A DNA stretch of 64,000 bases. It comes from Geosiphon pyriformis uo1 (Eukaryota; Fungi; Glomeromycota). The stretch spans positions 18,217-82,216 of the forward strand of contig JAAOMT010000098.1 in NCBI GenBank assembly GCA_016748015.1, in the 5' to 3' direction. This document shows positions 40,941 to 52,935 of this stretch, one piece after another (the stretch's first letter is position 1; each line of letters starts with the position of its first letter). The notes beneath the pieces are model-generated. The model saw only the letters and a program-made list of their open reading frames with translations. It was not told where the DNA came from and did not search any database. The position numbers were made by a program, and so were the translations under genes.

Positions 40941-41736
40941 TTTTCCTTGAAAAATGGTAATTTTTTTGCCAAGGATTTCGCTTGCGAATAAAATATTCGG
41001 GTTGAACTTGGAAAGAAGTAATATTAACAGAGATGATTTTGGGAATCCAGGTTGTCTTAAAATTTTCTAAAAATAATAAACGGGGGGTATATATTGTCTG
41101 GATAAGTATATATCCGATATTTAAGATGATCTAAAAAAAAGTTTTTTTTTTTTTTCAAGAATTAACTTAAACATCTTTAAATTTAGTCTTCTAATTTTCA
41201 TTATACGGTAACGCTAGGTTTGAATGAGACTCCCTTTTTTTGGATATATTGAAAATCCTGTTTGAGGGCTTTTCATGCTTTCCCAAACCAGTCAGTTTGT
41301 CGTCGCTGTTAGGTAAGGGGCTACTATTTTTGGCCTTCTTATCTATGGTGGCGCACGATTGAAAACTTTTTCTATAATTAGTTATATACATATTTTTAAA
41401 AAAATTAATTCAATATCTTCAAAAATCCTTGATCACCAGAAAAAGTTTCTTTTAAAAATTGATATAAATATAAATTTTTTTTAAGTTTGGTATTTTCTTG
41501 AATTAAAAAAAAATATTTTACTTTTCATTTAATCATTTAAGAAATCTACAATATAAACCATTTTAACCATTTCTAACTATTTTGAAAAAGAGATAATTTT
41601 AATAAAGCTTTATTCAATTCAGTTTTTAAACTCTTTTTAATAATCATTTTCGAAAATATAGATAATAAAAACCAAGAAAAAGGTAATTTCAAACACAAAC
41701 ACAAACAAATTCATTATTAATGGGATTCATTAAAAA

Positions 41737-41737
<1 letters not shown>

Positions 41738-41818
<81 letters not shown>
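41738..41818. repeat. (TTA)n microsatellite
   Basis: Direct reading; explains the poly-Leu ORF at 41720. Confidence 0.95.
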
Positions 41819-41819
<1 letters not shown>

Positions 41820-42124
41820 GCAGAAAAATAAAATATTTTATTTATAACCTTGGAATAAGCAAGTGTACATTTGTTTTTTATGAAAGCTTTTACACAGCAT
41901 GGATTTTAGGCATATTTTTTTTTGCTTTAATTTAATTTTTTTCTTCAATTTCTAAAATAGTCTGTTTAATTCATTTAGCAATAAAAATTGATTTTTAAGC
42001 AATATTAACCCACAATTATTGCTACCGATACGAAATTTTCTCAGACTTGCACAAAAAAAAGCCAAGGAATCATCTGCAAATTGGACCTTTCTTTTGTTAG
42101 AAAGATTTTCATTTTATGAATTTA

Positions 42125-43517
42125 TTAACCACCATTACACCCTTTTGATGACATCAATTTTCCAAAATATCGACCTAGATGTGCAGTTGTAGCACTGTCT
42201 GGACGTTGACCCCTGGGTTTCTGGAATTGCAGATTACATTCCTGGAGAATGTTTCATAAAAAAAACGAGGATATATCGTGAATTAAAACGTTACTCTAGT
42301 GAAGTTTAGATTTATATCAAAAACTTTTTACAAAACCTTATTCTCTTCAATCGGTTCCAAAGTAGAGCATTCATAAATTTCAGGAATTTCGTTACCATTT
42401 GGATCAAAACAGTTACAACCGTTATTTTCGGGAATCCAAATTTCATCGGAATTGTGGGTCAGCTGATCCGCAAAGAACAGAGGAACATAATCGTTGCCAA
42501 CTGTTATTCGTTTAACTTGAAATTGAAGCTGCATTAATTCAACAAAAAAATTGTTTCCCATGCGTGGAGCTCCATAGGTTATCAATGTGATAAACCGTTT
42601 CCGCCAATGATATTTGCAAACTAACGCAGCAAAAGTTGCCAGTACTGTGAAATAGTCCCACGAAATTAATAAAGATAATTTCATTTTTCAAAAAAAGAGG
42701 TGAGATTTTGTTAAATTTTTTTTTTAAATATTTACCTGCACCACCACCATGTCCAATAAAAATAAAGTTATATTTTTTGAAATTGTCATCAAGTATGTAT
42801 TTCGATAATTTTTCAAAAACTTGATTTTTCGCAAGACTCCAATATTTCACGTAGAATCGATCCAATATTTGAGCTTTTAACTCATAAGGAAATCGAACCA
42901 ATTCTATGTTTTGATCCATTTCAACAAGCTCATCATAAGTCAATTCCGGGGCTCTAAATCGTACAACGATTGAACTCCCAATCCTTTCGGTATGTGTTTC
43001 CATCCAAACTGATTTCAAGAATTTTTCAAGCTTAATTGGATTGGGATTGAACAAAGGCAAAAGCTAAATTACCATAAATTCCTTGAGCAATCATCGCTTC
43101 TTTATCATCTATGCAATAAACTTCCTGCATAAGTTCTGTCGTGTTTTGTAAAACTGATAATAATTTTGGGTCGATTATTTTCCTTTTTTTATAAAATGCA
43201 TTTGATCGAGGTAAGATATTTTGTATTTTCTTTTGGGAAATTTCAAAAGTTTTATTGAACGATTTTGTCGTTGAATGGGATTTTGATATTTCCAAATGTG
43301 GGTTTAAACTTTTAGAAATTGAAATTGTAGAATAATTGAAATTAACGTTAATTATTCTATCGTTTCCACTTTGAAGAGTTACAAAACATGTGAAGCCTTT
43401 CATTAAAATAGTCAGACACGAAAAGATAAAAAACGAGGTGAAAATGTGGGTTTTTTTAATTTTTGAGAAAAGATTTCCATTTCTTCCAAAGAAAGTTCTG
43501 TTTTTCATTTTTTTCAT
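42125..43517 (-). CDS. Class-3 lipase-fold protein lacking catalytic Ser; exons 43517-43073, 43008-42736, 42644-42337, 42241-42125
   Basis: N-terminal TM segment, ELMQEVYC, IVVRFRA, FIFIGHGGGAVLA, LITYGAPRMGN, RITVGNDYVP, HNSDEIWI and TAHLGRYFG. The three introns match the position and phase of those in the other two copies. Confidence 0.88.
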
Positions 43518-44817
43518 ATTATTATTATTATTAATATTATTTCAATTAAATATAGGAACAGTGAGTAATGGGAAAAAAAAGGCACAGCGATCAAAAAAGT
43601 TTTCGAATTGATGAAAAAAGTTCTCAAAAAATTTAAAAAATTTCAAATTTGATAATAAATGAATATTTAAAATTGATCGATATAAAAAAAAAAGGGGGGA
43701 GGGGAAATCAATTGACCAAAATTAAATAAACAAATAAAAAGAGATCAGATCAAGGTCCTTATTGAGTTGGGTAGATTTGTACTTGATGAAAAGATTTAAT
43801 TTTCACATAGCTGATCGAACAAGTTCTGTTCCAGAAACCCGAGGATAGTTACGTTCATTCTTTTGATCTTGCCCAAATTAATCTACGGATTTATAAAATG
43901 TACTTTATAATAACCTTTTTTAGTTCTGTTTTAAGCCGAATTATAAATTTCTTTTTTTTTTAATCTACAAAAAAAAAAAAAAATATGAGCCTTACCCAGA
44001 TATTTTGATTGAGAATTCTTTAAAATTATAACGGCCAAATATTTATTTTAAAATTCTTTAATATGTAAGTTTAATTTTTATTTGACATTTGAATCTTTAA
44101 CAAAGTGGGAATTTTGTTCCAGTTGATTAATGTCTGAAATGAAAAATATTAATTTTTTTTTGGATATAACAAAATTTTTTAAATATTTCAACCTTTATTT
44201 CTGGTAATAAATAAATAAATAAATAAATAAAATAAATAAATATAATGGTGCAAAATCTCAATGTCTTGAAATAATAAGTTTTATAACTTAATTATTTCAT
44301 TTTTTGACACATTAAAAAAACTTTATTTGAAGAGCGTCCAAATAAATATTCTCAAAACGTTTTTTAACAATGTTATACAGAAACATAAAAAAATTTAATA
44401 TAACCTGTCAAAGACATTTTTTTTTGTAAGTATAATAAATTTCAATTGTTTTTAATAAATGGAAATGAAAATTTAATTTAATTTAATTTAATTTAATTCA
44501 CTTTGAACCATTTTAATTAAGAATCAAAAATTCTTGTCTCATCAAAAAGTTTGGAAAATATAATGTGATAAATATTAATATTTCAAAAATAGGAACTCAA
44601 AAAAAAGCAGATTTATTTATTTCACTTTTAGTTTTTAGTTTGTTTGTTTTTTCGTGAAAAAGTATAAAAATAATTCATTCAAAACTTAGTGTTTCTTAAA
44701 ATTCTTTACGTTATTAATTAAATTTTTATAAGATCAAGATTTAAATAAGAATGTTAGTTATTAAAGAGATAAATAATATGTTTATGAGTAAAGGAGTTAT
44801 TGGGAATTTATTAATTA

Positions 44818-45220
44818 TCATGCCAAATTTAGAAATCCACAGAAAAGACCAAAAAACGTTAAACAATTCAAAGGGTTTATAGAAGGACTGAAATTTAGTG
44901 GAATGCTTGGTGTCTTTGGGGAAAGTTCATTTGTTGGAGTTGGTGGAGTTTCCCCAATAGGATACGTTAATACGCTAAACTTTGTAGTAGACGAACCATT
45001 AGGTAAAGTTACGACCGAGGCATAGGTAGTTGATGTAAGAGTGTTTGGAACGTTTTTTTTAGGGTTAGGAGGTGGGGTGCTAATAGTTACATTTGTGATA
45101 GTTGATGTAATTACTAAGGTTGAGCTACAAATTTTCAAAGGTTTTGTTAATGTTTAGTTTTAATTTTAAATTTCAAAATTTCAAAATTTTTGCTTAAAGA
45201 TAGTGAATTTACCTTGGAGA

Positions 45221-45270
<50 letters not shown>

Positions 45271-45278
45271 CATTTTTA

Positions 45279-45325
<47 letters not shown>

Positions 45326-45717
45326 TTGCGTAGAACTTGATTGATTACTTGACAAAGATTGACTGGTTGTCGAGGTGATTGTATTTTTACTGGAACTTGT
45401 TGAAGATTGCGTTGTCATAGATGGTGAGTTACCAGTTGTAGTTTGAATGGTGAGGGTCCCAGCAGAATTTTCATTCGTCTGATTAGTATTTTCATTTACT
45501 GCTCTTTCACTTAAGCTGAAAAAAAAAAATAATTACCATTTTTAATTGAACATATACCAAATAATAATATATCAAATTTGAAATACCACCCTAATATGAT
45601 ATTTATTATAAAAACTTTGACTTACTCATTAGTTCCATTTACAAAATTTTCTTTGCTTATCACTATCAAAATGATGAAAATTGTGAAAATTGAAAAAAAA
45701 ATTGATTTCAACTCCAT
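44818..45717 (-). CDS. Secreted Ser/Thr/Asn-rich, probably GPI-anchored cell-surface protein (3 exons)
   Basis: MELKSIFFSIFTIFIILIVISKENFVNG signal. Two phase-2 GT-AG introns link ORFs 45418..45209 and 45138..44818. Contains a poly-Asn tract and ends in hydrophobic PLNCLTFFGLFCGFLNLA*. Confidence 0.8.
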
Positions 45718-47746
45718 TATTTTTGATTAGTTATATCGAAGGAGTTTTTTTGTTTGTTTGTTTGTTTGTTTGTTTGTTTGGTTGTTTGTAAACGTTTTTC
45801 TTTTTCTTTTTAAAAAAAATAAAAAATATTTTTTTTTTTTTGAAAGTTGAAATAGAAAAAAAAAAAAACAAAAAAAAACAAGATTTATAAATGTGGTTTT
45901 CAATCTATTAAAAAGAAACTGAAATCAGAAAAAAAGCTTAGTAATAAATGGTAAACAAGGTATATAAAATTGAAAATAAAAAATAAAAAAATAAAAAAAA
46001 AGAGTCCCTATGATATTCCTTTGAAACATTCGATTACTGCACAATTAAAGCCGGTCATGGGCGAAAGGGTAAGTGTCACATACGGGTTTAAACAAAATGT
46101 ATTACGACAGAACATTCAATGAATTTAATTGTGCCAAGTTGCATATCAGTTTATCTTATTTGAATATTATACAGTATTATTTGCATAAAAATCAAATGGT
46201 AATTGTGGGATTAACTTTCCCAATATCCGTATGCAGGAGTCATACACGATTTATTTTAGTTGACTATGAAAGATTACTTATGGAGGAAAAACGAAAAACT
46301 GGAAATTTCTAATCATAATAAGAAATTTCCTGTGAGACATTTTTGAGCTTAAATATCGGTAAAAAGTTTATACTAAAAAAAGGAAACAAATTTCACCTTA
46401 GTGGTTTAGCCAAATTATTTCATGGCATCAATAGCTTAATATGAGTGAAATGACGCCCAAAGGATAACTGTTTATTTTTTGGTTAAAAACAATCGGATTG
46501 AAATTTTTTTTTTGAAAAAACAAAGTATATCCCCCAATTTTAAAAGTGTGAAAACCGTTTCTAGATTGAATCAAGGAATTCTAGATTAAATAAACGAATT
46601 CTAGATTGAAAAAATGATCTTGATACCAAAACCTGAGTGAATTAATATTGATAAATGTAATTTTTAATCCCACTTTAAAAAAAAATGAATTGAACCTGGT
46701 TACTATTTTCCTTTTATTATGCTCAAAATTAATATCAATTAAACATAAAATTTAAATTTATTTATTTATTCAATTTAAAATTTTTATTCTTTTGAAAATC
46801 CTATAATAGCATCATCATCATCATCATCACAAATAGATTTTAATAAATTCTTCATATCTCAGCGTTTGAAAATCCTATTGTCACCTTCGTTCTGCAAAAG
46901 TAATTCATGATAAATAATCAAGATATTTTTAAAATTTTCTTTTTGACTCTTTGCTTTTCAAATCTATTTACATTATTTTTTTGTATTTACTATTTATTGA
47001 ACATCAAAAAATATATTCTGTTTGAGAGATCATTAGGCTGAATCAACGTTAACATCAAAAAGGTAACTTTTTTTCATATGTTTCAACAGTTATAAAATTT
47101 CAATACACAGCCATGTGATTTTCACATGGTTAACGAAAGTTCTATTTGACTAATTGAAAATAAGTTATTTTTTTTAAAAAATATTTAATTTCGATTAAAA
47201 AGTCATGGTATGAAAAAAAACAAAAAAAAAAACAGATAAGCTTGTGCAGGTTTACTAAACCTTCAAATTTTCAAAAACCTGGTAACTGTTTCATTTCCTT
47301 AAAAAATTATCATTTGTTGACTTTGCTTATAAATTCATGTCTATATTTTGTCAATTATTTTAAAATCTTGGATATATGGCTAAAATTTTCTAAAAATAGA
47401 CTAGAAATCAACAAATAGCCATCGTATTCTTAATTTATATATTCAAACTATAAGAAATTTTAAATCAAATTCTTTGAAAAAATTCTCATTTTTCAAAACG
47501 CTTCTAGCTTATAACCTTTCATCAATTACAAACTGATCGTTTTTTTTCGTATGACAGACATTTGATCATCAGGGTGACCATGATCATTAATCTTAAAATG
47601 GATTGGCATCTTTCAAAATGAAACACATCCTTACAGTTTTTTTCTTAGAATTCTTTGCAATTTATGAATGCCAAATAATTTTCCTTTAAATCATTGTTTC
47701 ACAATTATCATTATGATTATTAACTTTGAAATAGAAATTGATTTTC

Positions 47747-47906
<160 letters not shown>

Positions 47907-48690
47907 AAAAAAAGAATTAAAATCCCAAAATAAATTCATTTATTATAAAAATGTGATATCTAAGAATACCTTTATTAAATTAAAAAAGACCAATTATTTA
48001 ACTATCTTTCAATAAGAAATTATTGCAATCAATAATTTAAATATTGAAAAATAACTATAATTAGATTTTTTTTATTTAATTTACATTAAATATATTCAGT
48101 TGTTGTTGTTGTTGTTGTTGTTTATCATCTGAAACAATCTATTCAGCTTCAAATCAAAAAATAATAATAATAAATATTTCAATTTTTGGCAAAAATAAAA
48201 AAATTTATAAAATTTCAAAAATTCATTCAACTTAAATCTGCTAAACTTGAGATAAAAACCGATTCTATTTATAAATATTTTGTTCACAATTTTAAAAATA
48301 TTCCAAACTTTTCAAATTTAGAAACTTTCTAAATTGACATGAAAAATTTTTACCTGAAACCCTCTTTTATCCAAAATGGTTTTACAACATGATTTTAATA
48401 TGGTCTCACAAAATCTTTTTCATAAGCAAAAAAAAAAACCAGAGATATTCCTAATTTCAATGGTCGATTTTATAAAAATCTAAACAATGAGCATTTATTG
48501 TGATACATTCGATTTTTTAGATTGCAACTCTTTACCTTTATTTAAAACTTGGTATTAAAAAATTCCGATTTCAGCTGAACTATAAAGATCTGTTCTACAA
48601 AACATGAATGATTACTGATTAACAAAGATTAAGGCATCCATTTTTCTTTACTGACATTCATACTACATTTACTATTTGTATCTATTTATG

Positions 48691-48694
<4 letters not shown>

Positions 48695-48724
<30 letters not shown>

Positions 48725-48729
48725 TGTAT
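48695..48729. repeat. (TATG)n microsatellite
   Basis: Direct reading. Confidence 0.9.
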
Positions 48730-49433
48730 CAATTTTATAATGATATAGAAAACCAAAAACCCAATTAAAAGAAAATATCACTTTACATTAGATTGATGAT
48801 AAATCTTAAAATTTTCCAGAAATTATTTTAAACTATATCCTGTTTCTCGACCTTTCCTGGTAATTTCGATATTTTCTGTCAGAAAAACCCAAGTCGTCGG
48901 AATTTCTCAACAAACAATCAACAGTTTTGGTGCTTAACGTCATATTCCAAGAGTGTTTCAAAAATTCTATCAATCATTGAAGCAAAAAAATCTGGTGCAC
49001 TGATAAAAACTGCACAATCATTCTTTTCTGATTAGTAAATGTTCAAACAAGAAATATTAAAATTGAAACAAGAAATATTAAAATTAAATATAAATTTTTG
49101 TTTAGCTAGCATTTCTTCTCATGTGTTCAAACCATCAAAAAAGCTATGATCAAAGAACAAAGGCCACCATTTGATTCCCCCCGATTCTAGACTTTTTATC
49201 CCTAATTGGCAAATATAAATTAGATTTTTGATCCAACTGCCTCTATTTGCTACCCACACGACGTTTGACATTAACCAAAGAGAGAAAATCTATGCAGATA
49301 TATCGTGTTCTACACCAGTTAAATTTAGCTCACCAAGGATTGGTATTCGTATAAACAACTGTAATACTAACCAAAACCAACACTAGTTTGAAAAAAATTC
49401 CATAAATTATGTGTCATGTTTAAACGTCTGTAT

Positions 49434-49503
49434 GTTGTGTGGTGTGTGTGTGTGTGTGTTGTGTGTTGTGTGTTGTGTGCGTGTGTGTGTGTGTGTGTGT
49501 GTG
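49434..49503. repeat. Imperfect (GT)n microsatellite
   Basis: Direct reading. Confidence 0.9.
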
Positions 49504-50352
49504 AGAAATTATACACATCCCCCGGCTGAATATTTGAGCCAATCCCAATTTATGCATGTCACACATCATTCAATGTATCTTTAATGTATCAGTGCGTCTT
49601 TGAAAAATATAATAGGTGACCCAAAAACTATTTACTGATCTGTAAAATATGCACTGTGAACATTAAGAACGGCTGTGAATGGCAATGAGCGGCCCAGCAA
49701 AAAAGCTCGTACAAAGTTCACAAAGTTTGATACGCACAGCTATTGAAATTCAAGATACAGAAACCAAGAAGCAAGAAGCAGTGTCTCACTCAACCTTGCT
49801 TTGTTGATACATCGAAAAGAATCAATCATCGTTCACTGAAATCAAACAAAACAAATCCTCGTAAATCTTTTGATTTTTTTCTCTTGCACTTTGCCACATT
49901 GACTTCTCTCACCTTCTCCTTGACTATCTCCATAGCTTTCTGCTTCTAATCTCTTAAACCTGATTTCTCTTCGAGGAAAATAATAATTTTTTTAAAGCAA
50001 GAAATCTGCCCAACCTTTTCACACCACGAGCAGAATACCTCAACTTTAATCGAGAGTCATTAATAACGCTTTAATTTTTCCTCATCTAATTTTGGCCGGA
50101 CTCCAATTGTACCTGATTGCCCTCTTAACCCCCAAATTAAACAACGAGTAACAAATAAAGGTTCCTTTTTGGTCATTTATTTTTTGTCGTTTTTTATCCT
50201 TTCCTTTCATCAGCGCAATCCGTACGCATACACACGTAGTGTCTACCTGAAACAGTGAGTCAAAATTTTCCTTTTCAACGCCCCCATTTTAGACGTTTTT
50301 TGAACTAAACATCATACTATTCATAAAAAAATAAAAATACCAGCATCCTTCC

Positions 50353-50388
<36 letters not shown>

Positions 50389-50468
50389 CTCCACTCACTC
50401 CACTCACTCACTCAATTACTCACTCACTTCTCAACTCCGTTCATAAAACAATCGGAAAATCCGTCATA

Positions 50469-52935
50469 ATGCCAAATTTAAAGAAATTATTTCGCAAATT
50501 GTTTAAACGAAAATCAGGAAAAGGTCGTAAGGGAAGAAATGTTCATAATCGTGGCAAGAAAAATCAAATGCCATCAAATAAAAGGTCAACCGGAGCAGGA
50601 ACGACAGGTAAGAGCGTTATAATAAGGAATGAAAATTAACCATGGATAATTTTTCTTATCAAACATCAAACTCTATCAATCCAGCTTCGGCAACAATGGA
50701 ACCTACCACAAATCCATCTTCGGCGATATCTTCACCAACACGGCTGGGGCATTCACCTTCGGCCTCGACAGGTTCAACAGTTGGTGCAGGAAAGATACCA
50801 GCTTCGATTTCACCCCACTCTACAACTGGAAATAAATCTGAGCATAGTTCTCGAACAAACTCCCCAACTAAAACACAATTTCTTTCCCCATATGAATCAA
50901 ATCAACGTGATGAAGAATCGGCAACATTCGATCCATTTGCTAATACCGAACATGACCCAACTTTACCAAGACGAAGGGAACGGAGTGATACCGGTTCAAC
51001 AAGTATACAGCGTAACTCTTCATGGCCTATACCAAGTCGACCTGTGAGCGGGCGACGAGATTGGAGAAGTGGCTATCAACCAATCGATACTTTGGTTTCC
51101 GATATTCGAATTCAGTATCCGGAACCTGATCAACACATGAGTTGGATACCGTTTGATGAATTTGTCGGACATAGGTTTGTGGCACGGGGTGGCTCTTCGG
51201 CCATTTATCAGGCCACCTGGTTGAAAACAGGACAACGAATAGCGTTAAAGTGTTTGGATGATTCCGCTGATATCAGTACAGAATTTTTGAATCAGGTAAG
51301 ATTTTTGAATGTTGATCTTTTGATCAATTTATTTGATTTCATACTCCACTAATAAAAAAATTTAATTTTAATTTACCTCTTTAAAATAATTAATTAATTG
51401 CTTGCTTGCTTGCTTTCTCAGCTGAAACGACATTGGGGTGTCTACACACAATCAGAATCTATCCGGATCCATGGGATCACACAGCTTCCGGAAAGTGGTG
51501 ATTTTATGATCGTCATGCAGTATGCAGTCTATGGAAACTTGCCGATCCACATACAACGAAACCGATTATTAAGTTGGAAGGATAAATGCGAAATCGTAGC
51601 GTCGATCGCACGGAGCTTGACAGAGATACATAAACGAGGATTGGTCCATGGAGATATACATAGTGGCAACATTCTAAACCTTGATGGAGCATCAAGTTTT
51701 GTGATTACTGATACTGGGATCTGTGGTCCTGCGAACCGAAAAGCTCGTCGAGATGTGCCACATGGTGTCTTGCCATACGTCGCACCCGAAGTCTTGGCTG
51801 GAAATGAATGTACTCAGAAATCGGACGTTTTTAGTTTCGCAATGATAATGTGGGAATTATCGGCAGGATTGAAACCGTACTTGGGTCGTGCCCATGACTA
51901 TTATTTGGCTAAAGAAATATATGAAGGCACTAGACCATCAGTTCAATCTGGAACTCCATCATTTTATGAAGAATTAATGATCAAATGTTGGGAATCGAAT
52001 CCAAGGAATCGTCCTGATGCTCAAGAAATTCTTCGGAATGTAAATAAATGGTTCGACAATGACCAATTCGATGATATTAAGAAAAATAATGTCACAAGAT
52101 CGTTTAATAACGCCAGCAATGATCGAATCCATCCTGAAGCCATATATCATAGTCGTCCATTGGAATTTCCAAATCTCAAAGTTCATGGTCGTAAACCTGT
52201 TGCATCTACGATAGTACCTCGAAAGAATCTTCTTAATGGTAAGTTTTTGGTGAAATTTGCTTAAGGTAAATCTTACCAATTTACAAATTGATGTTGAGTA
52301 ACTTGAAAAATTGAAATTTCAGAACCTTCACCTGTCGCTGAAAAGGAAAGCTTTGAAAATGGTGGTAAGTTAAACGGCTATGTGTATAAAATATCTGCTC
52401 TATTTTTTAACTGATTACTTAACTAATCGATATAAACCTTTGCCGAATTGCAGACCGAAAGAGCAATTACTTGCCTAATGATTTAATTGATGAGGTTTTA
52501 AAGCAAAAAACCGAAATCGGTCAAGGTATTGCAAATTGTTTCGAATTTTAATTAAATTTGAAAAACTCGACCATTTTCTCACCTCCTTATACCCCTTGCT
52601 AAATTTTATAAAGTTAATCTATCTGAGCTTCAGGTTGCAAGGCTTCGAGATGCGCCACTTGCTGTACGAAGTAAGTTGTCTTAAAAAGGGTTTAAATTTT
52701 TGCAGTGATTCAATCAAATTTCTAAACCTTCACTTTCCACCCTAGAACAAATGATAAGTTTGTACATCACAGATGATGGTGAGCTTCAAATCTTCATCAA
52801 AATTTTTCTCGTTCAATTTCCTATCCGAATCATAATTAACAATGAATTTTTTTTTATTTTCCAGAAATTTCCACAGTAACAGCATTTTGGGCCAGTGAAC
52901 CGATGCCAGAACCATTTGTCGTATCATCCGTATAA
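50469..52935 (+). CDS. TKL family protein kinase, intact multi-exon gene (50469-50607, 50685-51295, 51422-52238, then five short 3' exons)
   Basis: WIPFDEF, ARGGSSAIY, IALKCL, HGITQ, HGDIHSGN, DTG, PYVAPE, SDVFSF, CWESNPRNRP and IHPEAIYHSRPL. Splice sites join in frame through to ...PFVVSSV* at 52935; the 3' exons are less certain. Confidence 0.9.

Noticed and set aside
41720-41935. Poly-Leu ORF
   Set aside because: Product of a (TTA)n microsatellite.
46555-46615. Three ~20-bp spaced TTCTAGATTRAA units (CRISPR- or HSE-like)
   Set aside because: Too short, no unique spacers, eukaryotic context and no true nGAAn array; simple tandem repeat.
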